Of a stretch of 64,000 nt of DNA, positions 1-13,243 are shown in pieces; the stretch's first letter is position 1; every line of letters begins with the position of its first letter. Source of the DNA: Octopus vulgaris (lineage: Eukaryota); assembly GCA_951406725.2 (NCBI GenBank), contig OX597817.1:67704001-67768000 (forward strand), read 5' to 3'. The position numbers and the translations under genes were made by a program. Below the pieces are notes generated by a model, which searched no databases, was not told where the DNA came from, and was given only the letters and a program-made list of their open reading frames with translations.

Positions 1-49
<49 letters not shown>
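1..49. repeat. (TC)n microsatellite
   Basis: Direct reading; similar tracts at 398-428, 5164-5248, 30110-30165, 34439-34472. Confidence 0.95.
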
Positions 50-52
<3 letters not shown>

Positions 53-395
53 TAAAACAGACCCCATTTAAAGGGGAGAATGTAAAAAAAAAATACATCT
101 ACTTGATAATGCTCACCTCATTTCTTAGATTGTTATCAAAGGTTTCCTGCGGTGTGTCAGTGTCAAGTCAACCTAGCACAGTCCCATCCATGCCTTTTCA
201 GGCTATTAACTGCAGCCAAAAATTACAGCTATGGCAAGCAAGTAAATGAAGTAAATTGCCTAAACTGAGAATCAAAACTGCATCGTTTCTTTGGTATAAA
301 AAATAATAACAATATCTCAATAGGAAATGAATAAGAAAATAATTCTATGTTGAAATTTCGCTGGAAGCATAGAGTGATTTGGTCCTTAAAAAAAA

Positions 396-435
<40 letters not shown>

Positions 436-973
436 TGGGGTGGAGAGCAGAAGAAATCCTGCTTAAAAAGGCTGACTTTAATTTGAACTCTTTGTAGATA
501 CATTGCTCTTAGTAAAAAAACAAAAACAGAAAAGTAGCCAACTCTCTTAAGTCTTTCTGCTGATATAATGATAGCTTTTATTTATTTTATACTTCATGCT
601 TGAAAGATAAGGTTGTAAACTTCATGGGAGGTCTCAAAAGATATCTTGAGACCTTTGTGTTTTCTAAACTTTATCTAATATAGTAAAAGAAGCTATTCAT
701 TAAAGTGAAAATATATAAAATAAAATACAAAGTCTTAGGAGCCTTTGTAAAGCCCAAAGTATTTTTCCATTAATTTACTCTTGCCATTTTTGTTCCCCCT
801 ATTTACTTTGTGTTGTATTTTAATAATTTTCTTTCTGCTTGAGCAACTGTGTAGATATGTGTGTGTATAGGTCATTCTGATAAGGTAGTTATCCGCCCCT
901 GATTGGAACTCTCCCGTTTGTGACTTGCTTCTACTTTCGCAGATTACCGACTCATGCTGTATGACTGGTTTAT

Positions 974-1225
974 ATGATGTCTCCAAAGAAATCACGCAAA
1001 TACCATTGTATATGCAGCAATTATAGAGGGAAAAATGATGTAGCCGGCAAAGCTATTTCAATTCATAGATACCCTGCAAATGTCGTTATTCATTGTATTT
1101 GGCTTCAGAGATCGAAACTTGGGAGAAAAGACTTTATTTACACTGCAAGTAGCCAGATTTGCTCCCAGTATTTCACCAATTCGAATGGACCATCAACAGA
1201 TCACCCCTTGCCATTCGTTTATTAG
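974..1225 (+). pseudogene. THAP zinc-finger N-terminus of a transposase (degenerate)
   Basis: C-x-CSN...ISIHRYP...W...ICSQYF...P follows the THAP pattern, with the conserved HF decayed to YF; no catalytic DDE region follows. Confidence 0.75.
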
Positions 1226-1406
1226 ATAAACTTCAGAGATATGTTTATGTGACTGTGCATTTGTATTCGATAAATATAATAGGGATAAAAAAATATTCAA
1301 AATTAAGTCTCATTTATTTATTATTTATTGTTTTAATTCCACATTTATTTGCTTACATCCATAAAAAAAATACAATTTATTATACAAGGGAAAACTGTCA
1401 AAGTAA

Positions 1407-1826
1407 TTAAACAGGCTCTTTCCTTGCAGTGCAGTTGCAATCAGCTGAATGCACATTGCCAGTGACCTTTGACACTCTGTGATCAAGATTGTTCTTTTTG
1501 TTAGATGTTGGTATCGACGGGGTTACCAGACACCGGACAATGTAGTGAGAGTAGTTTTCAGTAACATCATGATATTTAATGTTGTGGATGTGTCTATCAT
1601 GGTAAAATATGCTACTCCTTAACTGTCGCTTTGCCTTCATCAGTAGCACAAGGCAGTTGTAAATGTTATTATCTGTAAAATTCGGCAACTTATGAAGATC
1701 TTTAGTCCAATCTGATTTCAGTGCATTAGGATCAGGTAAAGCTTCACCGAGAGGAGATACAAATTTCTGCTTTTTCCAGTCTGAAGTACACTTCTCGTTT
1801 GTTGATTTTTAATTCATTGACGTTCA
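1407..1826 (-). pseudogene. SWIM-finger N-terminal part of the transposon accessory (YqaJ-type exonuclease) protein, truncated
   Basis: Frameshifted MNVNELK...LPDPNALKSDWTKDLHKLPNFTDNNIYN...VRCLVTPS...TGNVHSADCNCTA; stops mid-SWIM motif. Confidence 0.65.
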
Positions 1827-3225
1827 TTTAATACATTATCGAATGAATTTTAATACCTTTTAACCTTTCAACCATATCTGCCTTTTTTCCAGTAACATAC
1901 TGTCCATGTAATCGCAAATAATTCTTTAACTCAAGCCGCTTAATATTCATGATATGGCGTGGGTAGTCCATGGAAATAGAATTGTCTGCATGGAGAGCCA
2001 CCTAGGCAAGGGAGATAATCTACTTATCGGAATGTCCTATATACTTGTTTTAAAGATTTTATTTGTAGAAGTACTAAAGTGCTTCATTACACACCTGCAG
2101 AGAACTCTGTCCATACCTCACCCATGTTCAGGCAAGTGACTTTGAAATGGAATGCACTTCCTTGAGGCTAAAATGTGTATCATTGAGAGAGTTGTGGTTT
2201 ATTTCTCTGTAAGCAACAGAAAGAAGTATTTCTTTGATGCACTGCTGAGCTTTTTTTGTGTCTGCAATGGATTCACTATATGGTCTCTCAACATACTAGA
2301 TATAGCAGCCGAATTGCCCTTAAATAACAGTCTACTTTCTTAGAAGACACAAGGGGAAGAATAAATTGGCTAAAGCAATCCTAAGCACATTGTGGTTGAA
2401 ATAGATAAACCACAGTGGTCATAGCAACAATACCTTTTGATCACAGGTGTATGAACTTCATCAGAGATGACTTATGTCAAAACAACCAGAATAATCTTAC
2501 GCAGAAAAGTGGAGGTGTTACAACAGTAACAAACGAAATAAATAGAGGTCAACTGTACTGTGGGAAATTTTATTTCTCCCCCTCAAAATCAGTCTTAACC
2601 GGTGTGGTTGCCATTCAGAATGACGTATATTGAGGGTACGTACCACTAACGTCAGACATTAACTAAGGTGCATAGGAGATGATTCATAATCTCACATATT
2701 TAATACATTTAGAATTTATATATAATTTCAAACAAGGTCAGAATAACTTTATGCATTTAAATAACCCTGAGTATTTATTCTCTCCTTGTCCTTCATAAAC
2801 CATACCGAGTTTGTATAATTTCAAGAGAGATTGATGGAGATGGTGATAAAGAAGTTAGTGTCAGTTAGAAGTAGTTCATAAGAAGTGGGGATACACAGCT
2901 GACCCTTTTCCTACCGATTCTCAATATAAGGAATATTTTAACCCTATTGCATGTAAACCGGTGATATCTGGCCATGCTTTTCTACTTATTTTATGCTCAA
3001 ACAGGCCTCATCTGGCCTCCCACACCTACCCTACAATGTTGTACTGAAAATAAACAATTGCATCATTCAAATCTCGAAGCTACAAGATAATGCAGGATTA
3101 ATTCTAAACAATGTGAATAAATAAGGGTTACATTTAAGAGGGTAATCTGAATGGTAAAGGGCAAAAGCTTTCAGGCTATACATTGGGTCCTTTTTCTTCT
3201 CAAACCTCTCTCCTCCTCAGACTTT

Positions 3226-3612
3226 TATTCTTTTACTTCTTTCAGTCATTTGACTGTGGCCATGCTGGAGCACTGCCTCGAATCTTTAGTTGAATGACTC
3301 AATCTCAGTACTTATTTTTAAAGCCTGATACTTATTCTATTGATCTCTTTTGCTGAACTGCTAAGTTATGGAGATGTAGACATGCCAACACCAGTTGTTA
3401 AGCAGTGATGTAGGAACAAACATAGACACAGAGACATACATGCACAAACACATATACGACAAGCTTCTTTCAGTTACCATCTTCCAAATCCACTCAAGGC
3501 TTTGGTCATCCTGAGGCTATAGTAAAAGACACTTGCCCAAGATGTCTTACAGTGGGATTGAACCTGGAGCCATGTAGTTGGGAAGCTAAGTTCTTACCAC
3601 ACAGCCACACCT
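3226..3612 (-). mobile_element. SINE family 1 copy
   Basis: Reverse complement of the family 1 sequence from tail to head. Confidence 0.85.
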
Positions 3613-5161
3613 TGTACCAAGAGGGATTAAATGCTCAAATCTGTTTCAAGCTCCTCTGAAGAATATCCTACATCTGATAACAACACTTAGACACAAAGGA
3701 TTTACTGCTACACTTATCAAAAGTTAAAGCTGGTTTTATAATAGATAGTATTCTTTGTTGTTGTTATTACTATATTTTATATCATGTATTTTGTGAAAAT
3801 TAATATCATAGGTCAAGTTACTTAGCCAATCATAGGCTCACTGCAACTTGAAGGGTAGTTAAACATACCAGTATATCTGTTTTTTTACCAATATATACCA
3901 GTGAATCGCTCTCTCTCTCTCTCATACATAAACTTGCACATACAGACATTGCTGTATTGTTAAGAAGGTCATTTTCCAAGCACATGTGTTTTAGTTCTAC
4001 TGTATGGCACCTTGGGCATGTCTCTTTTACAATAGTCCTGTGCCAACCAAAGCCTTGTGAATAAATTTGATAAACTGAAACTGAAAGAAGCTTGTGTGTG
4101 TGTATACATGATGATGATGATTATATATGTATATATATTTCATATATGTGTGTGTGCATTGCACAACTTAGTTTACATTTGTACTTCTCTGAAAGCCATA
4201 GAAGTACAGGTTGTGGCTTTATCATTTCCCTGCCAACAAATTGTCAGTTGGCCTTTTCTTTGACAGAATTCCCTTGCTGGAAAAAAATGGTTAAGGTTTG
4301 TGACAAGAAGGGCATTCAGCTGTAAAACAATGCGTCAGTAATAAGTATATAGATATATTGATTGTATATAGATAATTGATTGTATATAGTTATGTTGATT
4401 ATATATTATATTTGTTAGAATAGCTACAAAGACAGACAGACAGACAGACCCACATTCACACACACATGTATGTACACATGAGAGCTTTTGGCACAGTTTC
4501 TGGCTGCATATTTCAGGCTCATACAATTGGTCAACCTAGAGTTATTGATGGTAAAAGAAAGACTTTGAGATCAATCTGATGGAACACAACTATCCCCTTA
4601 TTCCGTGCTGAATTGTTTAGGTATTTGGAAAATTCTTTCCATGGAACAGATACTTCCAAGATAAGTTCTGGAAAATTATTCATCTCACTTTATCATAAAG
4701 AAAATCTTATTTTCCCTTTACATTTGAAATTCTGATATCAAATAGCTTTGGCTCCTCCTCCTCCTTTTCTCTTCCTCTGCCTCCTGCACCTCCTCCTATA
4801 TAATGTGAGTGCCACAGCTGTGATAAGGAAAAAACAACTTCTCTTATGCACATTTTGCAATTTTGCCGTGTCAACATTTATGAATGTTGGTTAATTTAAT
4901 TGACTTGTTAGGATTGCAGGAGATTTGCTTTTTATTTATTCAGATTTGGATTCTTATAAAATTCACTCACATCATTTCTCCAATGGTTTTCTACTACCAT
5001 AGGAGATTGAATGTCAGTAAATTGTTTTGCTAACTAATCAAATTGTCTTACTCACTATCACACACACCATATCCACAAATGTCTCAAAACTCACAAAGCA
5101 GTTCATTTCATTTGCATTGCAAGATTTACCAACAGAAACTTGCTCTTATGCACTACTTCCT

Positions 5162-5214
<53 letters not shown>

Positions 5215-5905
5215 TCTCTCCCTCTCTCTCCCTCTCTCTCCCTCTCTCTAGAGTCAGTTTCATTCTACTTGGGAACATATGTAACAGTGGTAATAGCTAT
5301 TGTTCTTGTTGTTTAGACACTGCTCAGTCCTGATGAAACTGATTTACAATCAAAGATGTTCTTAGATGGGATCATACTATCTTACCTTTTATCTTTTCTT
5401 TCACCTGTTTTCACTCATTGGACTGCAGCCATGCTAGGGCACCATCTTGAAGGGTTTTAGTCAAACATAAACCCCAGTACACTTACTCTATCTGTCACTT
5501 TTGCTGAACAGCTAAAACATAGGGTTGTAAACAAATCAATAGTAGTTGTCATGTGTGCTGGGAGCAGGGACAAGCACAAAAACATATACACATAGATATA
5601 TATGTACAATAAGCTGTCAACTTGTTTCCGTCTACCAAATTCACTTGCAAGGCTAGGGCTACAGCAGAAGACATTTGCATTGCAACTATATGGTTTCAGG
5701 TTCAATCCCATTGCATAGCACCTTATGTAAGTGTTGTCTGCTCTAACCCTGGGACAACCAATGCCTTGTGAGTGAATATGGTTGATGGAAATTGGTGAAA
5801 GTCTGTCATGTGTGTATATATGTATATATATGTGTGTGAGTATTTTTATATATGTGTGTGTGTGTGTGTGCGTGTGCATGCTTGTGTTGCTGTGTGGTAA
5901 GAAGC

Positions 5906-6118
5906 CGGCGAGCTGGCGGAAATATTAGCATGCCAGGCGAAATGCTTAGTGGTATTTCATCTGCTGCTACTTTCTGGGTTCAAATTCCGCCGAGGTTGAC
6001 TTTGCCTTTCATCCTTTCAGTGTCGATAAATTAAGTACCAGTTACGCACTGGGGTTAATGTAATCAACTTAATCCCTTTGCCTGTCCTTGTTTAGCCCCT
6101 TGTGGGGCAATAACGAAA
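5906..6118 (+). mobile_element. tRNA-derived SINE family 2 (Nin-domain-like) nested in a family 1 head
   Basis: GGCGAGCTGGCGGAA...GGTTCAAATTCC...GCCTTTCATCCTTTC..GTCGATAAATTAAGTACCAG; TSD TAAGAAGC (5898-5905, 6119-6126). Other copies ~7958, 25026, 25262, 48347, 49053(-), 49312(-). Confidence 0.8.
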
Positions 6119-6748
6119 TAAGAAGCTAGCTTCCCAAACATATGATTCTGGGTTTATTCCACTGCATGACACCTAGGACAAGTGTTTTCTACTATAGCCT
6201 TGGGCCAACCACAGTTTTGTGAGTTGATTTAGTAAACAGAAACTGAAAGAATCTTGTCATACATATATCCGTGCAAGTGTACTTGTATACATATACACAT
6301 ATATATATATAATGTGTGTCTTTGTGTCTGTGCTTGTTACCCAACACCATATGACAACCAGCGTTGGTATGTTTACATCCTCATTACCTGGTAGTTCAGC
6401 AAAAGTAAGCAATAGAATAAGTAGTGAGTTTTTTTTAAAATAAGTACTTGGATCAGTTCATTCTACTAAAAATTCCTCAAAGTGGTGCCTCCAGCATGGA
6501 TGGTGTCTAATGATCGAAACTAGTAAAAGAAAAGCCATATACATATTATACATGCATATATAGGCACAGGCATGGTTGTGAGGTAAGCAGCTTTGCTTTT
6601 CAACCACATGATCCTGGGTTCGTTCATACTGCTTGGCACCTTGGATGAGTGTCTTCTACTCCTTGGGCCACCCAAAGCCTTGTAAGTGGATTTGGTAGAC
6701 AGAGACTGAAAGAAGCATGTTGTATATGTATGTATATATGTATATATA

Positions 6749-6925
6749 GGCGCAGGAGTGGCTGTGCGGTAAGTAGCTTGCTTACCAACCACATGGTTCC
6801 GGGTTCAGTCCCACTGTGTGGCATCTTGGGCAAGTGTCTTCTACTATAGCCTCGGGCTGACCAAAGCCTTGTGAGTGGATTTGGTAGACGGAAACTGAAA
6901 GAAGCACGTCGTATATATGTGTGTG

Positions 6926-6961
<36 letters not shown>

Positions 6962-7184
6962 GGTGTGTTTGTGTATGTTTGTGTGTCTGTGTTTGGCCCC
7001 CCTAGCATTGCTTGACAACCGATGCTGTGTGTTTACGTCGCCGTCACTTAGCGGTTCGGCAAAAGATACCAATTGAATAAGTAACAGGCTTTAAAAAGTA
7101 AGTCCTGGGGTTGATTTGTTTGACTAAAACCCTTCAAGCTGGTGCCCCAGCATGGCTGCCATGAGAAATGACTGAAACAAAAGA
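6749..7184 (+). mobile_element. tRNA-derived SINE family 1, full-length copy
   Basis: Head GGCGCAGGAGTGGCTGTGCGGTAAG...GGTTCAGTCCC (A/B boxes), internal (TA)/(TG) tract, tail AATGACTGAAACAA. Dozens of copies in the window. Confidence 0.9.
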
Positions 7185-7413
7185 TATATATTTATAGGTC
7201 AGGCATAGCTGTTTTAAGAGAAGTGCTTCCTGAATGCTTTTGAGTTCAATCCTACTATATAGCATCCCAGACAAGTGTCTTTGACTATATAGTCCTGAGC
7301 CAACCAAAACCTTGTGAGTGGATTAGTAACCAGAAACTGAAAAAGAAGCATGTGTTTATGTAAATGTCTGTGTGTGTGCGAATATTTTTATGTATGTATG
7401 TATGTTTTTTATA

Positions 7414-7417
<4 letters not shown>

Positions 7418-7505
<88 letters not shown>
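7418..7505. repeat. (TA)n microsatellite
   Basis: Direct reading; similar tracts at 30361-30421 and 32202-32245. Confidence 0.95.
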
Positions 7506-7511
<6 letters not shown>

Positions 7512-10500
7512 TACATATATACATTTGTGTATATGTGTGTTTTGTAATAAGGATGCAAATGTGTCTATGTATGTATGTATGCATAATAAAGTTATTAAGA
7601 GACAGTAATGTAAATAGAGTATAAAAAGCTTGTTGATTTAACTGCTGACTAAATCCACAAAATGGAATATATGTTTAAATTTACCATTTACTATTTGAGA
7701 AACAAAATGGAGATAGAAATAGGATTGTAAAGAGTAAATTTTTCAGAAAATCAGCAGAAACAAAACTGAATTCTGTTGCCCTGGAGGAGTAAGCGGTGGT
7801 AGTGGTAGTGGTACTTTTGGTAGTGGTGGTGGTGATGGTGACTGTGGTAGTATAGTATTTCTTGTTCCTTGTTGCTAATTAGCTCGAGGTCAACCTGAAT
7901 ACATAGACCTATAATCAAAAGCATTCTAAATTGACATTATCCAGCTTGCCCTTCCAAAGGCAGCGAGCTGGCTGAATCATTAGCATGCTGGGCAAAATGC
8001 TTACCAGTATTTTGCCCAGTGTTACTTTCTGTGTTCAAATTCCACCAAGGTCCACTTTACCTTTCGTCCACTCGGGCTCGATAAATTAAGTACCAGTGAA
8101 ACACTGGGGTTGATGTAATCAACTCGTCCCCTTTCCCCAAAAATCTTGTACCTTGAGTAGGAAGGATTATCCAGCTTGTCCTTCCATTTTTAAAGATACC
8201 AGAGTGTGTGAATTGAGGGAAATTTGGCTGTTATATCTTGCCTGTTGAGTGACCATGTACAGCAGTCATGACTAACTTGAGGCTCATAGGACTTTTCCTG
8301 AATGGCACACCTAATGGGAAAATTTTCTTGATATTTTAGTTGTGCAAAACCCACCTGATGCTAAGTCATGTCTCATGTGACTCACTTCTCATAAAAGGTT
8401 GCCTGAACCTGATGCAGAGTCTCTCTTGGCTTGAAAAAAAATTATATGATTGTTGTTTAAACTTAAAATTGCTTTGATTGAGTGGATAGATGTATAATCT
8501 GTTTTTCCTGGGACTAGTACATGCTAAAGTACTTAATCTGATATGTTACTCAACCATGAGTAGGTCATGCTAGTTGTAAGTTGAGTCTTCCCCATAACTT
8601 AGCGGTTTTGCAAAAGTAGCCAACAGAATAATTACGAGGCTTAAAAAAATAAATAATAATTACTGGGGTTGATATATTGGACTAAGAATATTCTTCAAGG
8701 TGGTTCCCCGGGCATGGCTGCAGTCTGAAACACATAAAAGATAGAACAGAAACATTCATTTATACAACTGCCACACAATATCAGGTTTCTTTCAGTTTCC
8801 ATCTACCAAATCCATTCGCAGGGCTTTGATCTGCCTGGAATTCTAGTAAAAACACTTGCCCAAGGGTCTGCACAGTGGGACTGAACCTGAAGCAATATGG
8901 TTAGAAAATAAACTTCTCAACCATGCCACAAAGCCTGAACTATAAAATAGTGGCTGCCAAATGTTGCATTATTGTGCAGTGGTATGATGTGAAAATAACA
9001 AAAATTATATTTAAAAATATGGGAAATGTACAAGTGAAATTCTCTATTTCATGTATTGGATAAAAAAAAAATGGTATTTAGTAACTTTCTCCAGATAAAA
9101 CTATTTATAGGCTAAAATATATAAATACCTTTATGCACAAAGTGTGCCAAAGTATTTATTTCCTCTAGAGTGCACTACAAGTTAAAGAAGTTTAAGAACT
9201 GCTGTTAGAAAGTAAGATTTGAGTGGAAGAAGTGCAGGGAGGTTTTTTTTTTTTTTTTTTTGTCTCATTTGGCAACACATTTTTTTTTCTTTCTGTGCAA
9301 AAGCAAGGCAAGAGTGAGGAGGACTTTGCTAGTATGAACATGTGATGCAAATGGATAATGGATACCAGATGAAACAGTGCGGTGCCATGTGCTGTTTGTC
9401 GAGGCTAGGTAGGTTAGTAGGTTGGTAGATATCCATAGGAGAAAGGAGATTGGGAAATAGGTGGCAAGAGTTGGGGATGTCAGTTTTGAAACTGAAATTG
9501 CTGAGTCTCAACAAATGAGATGACAAAGGATCACTGCAAGCGATGACAGAACTGTCATCATGGGAAAACTGTAATTAAATCAATGATGCAGAGTCTTAAA
9601 TGTTGCTCTCAACTCTCTCCAAAATGTGTACATATTATATGACCCAGTTAAAGAAATACCCTTGAGATTAAACAAGTGGTTATTTTTATTATTATTAAGA
9701 ATCCAACATATTTAAATGTGTTTGTGTTTATTATTATAATTATTGAGAGAACAGCACACACCATAGACGTGAAACTGGGGCACAAATATACGAAGCCCAA
9801 TATATACCCATCATGACTACCCATCTGATAAAAGTACACCAGGCACATGCAGTCACAACCACATGAGGGTGACATAGTGGACTCATATCCGGATAGACAA
9901 TGCATGACCTTGCGGTGGGGCCCAGTTAGAATTTTCCTCAGGTCAAGTAGCTCATCCTGCTCAAGAGGTCCCTGAATAAGGATTGTTTAAAGATGATGGA
10001 TGAAACTCACGTGTTTCCAGAGGAAATTATTCAAACTCCAAAGAATTCTACTTAACACATGGCTATGATGCTCTCCAACTACTCCTTCTTGTGATCAGAA
10101 AGGGTTACAGACTTAACACAGGTTATAGGAACATAAACCTTCTTCCACGAAAATATAGCTTAAACTGTGCTCTAAATGGAGGTGTAGTGAAATCCTATTT
10201 TATGGACTCAACCATGTTCTAAAATAAGTCGAAAGGTAAGCTACTATAAATCGGTGCAAACTTTCCGGACAACCCAATACATCTTTTCAAGTTCTGTCCC
10301 ACTGGACAAGTATCTTCTGCTATAGCCACAGGACTCCTAATGTCTTGTGAGTGGATATGGTAGGCAGGAATTATGTGGAATCCATCATATATATATACAC
10401 ATGTGTGTGTGCATTTGTTACTGACCCCTTGTCTTGTCTTTGCATAATAGTTGTAAACAAGTGTTGCTGTCATGAGAGTGGTGCCCTTCATTTCCAACCT

Positions 10501-11214
10501 TCCAAGCAAACAGGTCTGGCCATGGGAAAAATATTACCTTATCTGACAGCTTGTATAGCATACTTATAAAAGAAAAGGCCTAGGGAAATCACCCACTATT
10601 TTATGATATACACAAAGTCAGTGTTCAGAGAAATGTTGTGGTTTAAAATTGCTGTCTGCTTTATAAGCTCATGTACACCATAAAAGCTGGCAGTGAGCAA
10701 GAAAATAAGTGACAAACAATTAAGAGAAAGGAGTGGTTTTTGAGAAATAGATAGATAGATAAAATGTAGGAGCAAAGAGCAGACCACAACTCTTTAACTT
10801 TTTAGCAGTTGAACCAGTCATATCTTGCCGAAATATTCAACTGGATTTATGTTTAAACTGGCTGGATTTGGCCTTAAAAATAAACAATCATGCCACTGAA
10901 GTTTGAAATGCATGACTAATTCAGATGAATTTCTTTTATTTTCTTTTACTTGTTTCAGTCTTTAGACTGTGGCCATGCTGGGGCACTACCTTGAAGAATT
11001 TTAGTCCTACTTAGTAGCATTACTACTGTACTTAGTAGTATTACTGGTTATGATATGCCAAGAAATTATGATAAATACAAATTTATATCATTGGTTCCTA
11101 CATACATTTCCCCATTGTGATGGTTTGGTCTCTGCACTGGATGGTCTAAGTGCAATGGGATTGCTTAATAACAAGTGATCATCATCAGAGTAACACTTTA
11201 TTGCATTAGGTTAC

Positions 11215-11607
11215 TGTTGTGTGGACGCCCCCAGACGATGAAGTAGGCTAGCCCAATACGTAGATATAGAAGGAGAAGTCTAGATGTCAAGAGTTGAGTA
11301 GAGGTCATCCGAACGTGCGATATAACTGTGGCGATACGGTCCCAGAACCATAAGCAAAAGCAGAACCGACACGTAGGTCGAACAGGAAAAGAAAACCTAC
11401 AGAAATTATGGAAATCAACGCTAAGAGAAAAAGATATGCCAGTTTCTCACCGAAGAAATAAAATTGATAAATTCAGGTTTAAAAAACTCAAAAAGGGGAG
11501 ATGTTGTGTGGATGCCCCCAGACGATGAAGTAGGCTGGACCAATATGCAGATATAGAAGTCAAGACGTCAGAGTTGAGTAGAGGTCATCAGAACGTTCGA
11601 TATAACA
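11215..11607 (+). mobile_element. TRIM-like miniature LTR retrotransposon
   Basis: Direct repeats 11215-11327 and 11502-11607 (TGTT...AACA). TGGCGATAC PBS-like site at 11329; purine tract AAAAAGGGGAGA at 11490-11501; 5-bp TSD GTTAC (11210-11214, 11608-11612). Confidence 0.85.
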
Positions 11608-11647
11608 GTTACAAAGATCTAATGTCTTAGGCTTGGATTTAAATCTT

Positions 11648-12015
11648 ATATATTTGAAAAAATGAATAGAGATGGCTTTTGGGGGGATAGTTTTTGTTTT
11701 AATGATAATATTAAAAGTTACTCAAATGAGTTTCAAGGTTTTCAATAGCTGTTTTCAAACTGAAATTCTGTGGTTTAGAAGGTTGTTTATATAGCAAATG
11801 ATTTTTTTCTTACAAGTATACAAATAAAAATAAATAATTTTTTTTTTATTTGTATACTTGTAAGAAAAAATCTTTTGCTATGTAAACAATCTTCTAAACC
11901 ACAGAATTTCAGTTTGAAAACAGCTATCGAAACTCATTAGGGTAACTGTAAACATTACCATTAAAATAAATATTATACCCACAAAAGCCATCTCTACTCA
12001 TTTTTTCAAATATAT
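11648..12015. repeat. Long imperfect palindrome (foldback/MITE-like), arms ~180 bp
   Basis: Left arm ...ATAGCTGTTTTCAAACTGAAATTCTGTGGTTTAGAAG...CTTACAAGTATACAAATAAAAA is mirrored by TTTTTATTTGTATACTTGTAAG...CTTCTAAACCACAGAATTTCAGTTTGAAAACAGCTAT; centre ~11835. Confidence 0.85.
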
Positions 12016-12060
12016 TATACTGTACCCAGAACTTTTTCTATTATTCTACTATATATATGA

Positions 12061-12922
12061 AGGGTGTGAAGGGTAAATTGTCGCCATTTTAGGTTTTTAA
12101 TTTCGCACATGCACATAGTTTTTTATTTTGTTGACTACACTGTGCAGTAGGGTAAGTTTGGGCATCATCTTTGAGAAAAACAGCACCACGATGCAATTTT
12201 GTCTGCTAGAAATTTGGAAACAACATGCTGTACTGCTTGGCAATCGTGCCGGAAGATCCAATACAAACATTTCTGAGTGTTTGCCGTGTCCTCAAAACAT
12301 GTTTTGAGAGTGATAAAAATCAGACATCCAATCACATCATGGTGTTTGGAGTGATCACTAGTGATGGTGATGTTATGCCTCCATTCATCTTCCTACATGA
12401 CCTCAGACTCAACATGGAGGCCTGCATCAAGTGCCAGGAGGAGGTAGTACTGTCCTTAATCAAGAAAATGGTTGCTGGAAGACCCTATGTTTGGCAACAA
12501 GATTATGCATGCCACACAAGCAGGAGAACCCAGTCATGGCTGTCAGACAATTTCTGCGACTACATCACCTTTAACATCTGGCCACCTAACTCCCCAGACT
12601 GCAACCCCCTTGATTATTATGTGTGGGGTGCAGTTGTATGAGATACCAACAAAACTTGTAACACACCAAAGATGAACTGAAGGCAAGGATTATGGCAGCA
12701 TTCACCAACTTAAACAAGGAGACCATCCAGAAGAGTTGCAGGAGATTCTGAAGTCTACTGGATTCTGTGGTTGAAGCTGATGGCGATTTTATTGAATAAG
12801 TTTACACTTTAGTATTTCAAGATGTTTTTATGTTAATTATGGTAAATATATCAGTTAAAATGAGATGTCAGTGTTATTTTCATTTTTGCATAATTTAGAT
12901 GACAGGTTATTCACTGCATCCT
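12061..12922 (+). mobile_element. Tc1/mariner DD37D (maT-like) transposon remnant
   Basis: ORF 12225-12641 has MVFGVITSDG, YVWQQD..CHTS and WPPNSPDCNPLDYYVWG. D-to-D spacing is 36, consistent with DD37D minus one codon. Degenerate TIRs in TA-rich flanks; N-terminal region deleted. Confidence 0.85.
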
Positions 12923-13044
12923 ATGTATATATATATATACATATAAATAAATAAATGGAGTTTAACGCAGGTGTAATTCAAATATTTTTTCCGTGTTAAT
13001 TGGTAACAAGGGAAAAATACAGACATCTATTTATATATAAATAT

Positions 13045-13243
13045 ATCATCATCATCATCATCAATCATCGTTTAACGTCCATTCTCCATGCTAGCATGAG
13101 TTGGACGGTTCGACCGGGGATCTGGGAAGCCAGAAGGCTGCACCAGGCTCCAGTCTTATCTGGCAATGTTTCTACAGCTGGATGCCCCTCCTAACGCCAA
13201 CCACTCCGTGAGTGTAGTGGGTGCTTTTTACGTGCCACCTGCA
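13045..13243 (-). mobile_element. Family 4 retroposon 3' end with (ATG)n tail (RTE-type tail)
   Basis: Nearly identical to 59013-59205; other copies at ~21240, 23180, 39645, 39766, 52650, 58260. Confidence 0.75.

Larger units (their letters stand above)
869..2038. mobile_element. Internally deleted ISL2EU-like (Harbinger-related) DNA transposon
   Basis: Imperfect TIRs AGGTCATTCTGATAAG (869) and CTTATCGGAATGTCCT (ends 2038), flanked by AT on both sides. Contains convergent THAP (+) and SWIM-protein (-) remnants. Confidence 0.75.

Noticed and set aside
11328-11528. Basic 66-aa ORF inside the TRIM
   Set aside because: Non-ATG start, no gag/pol motif; composition follows the A-rich interior.
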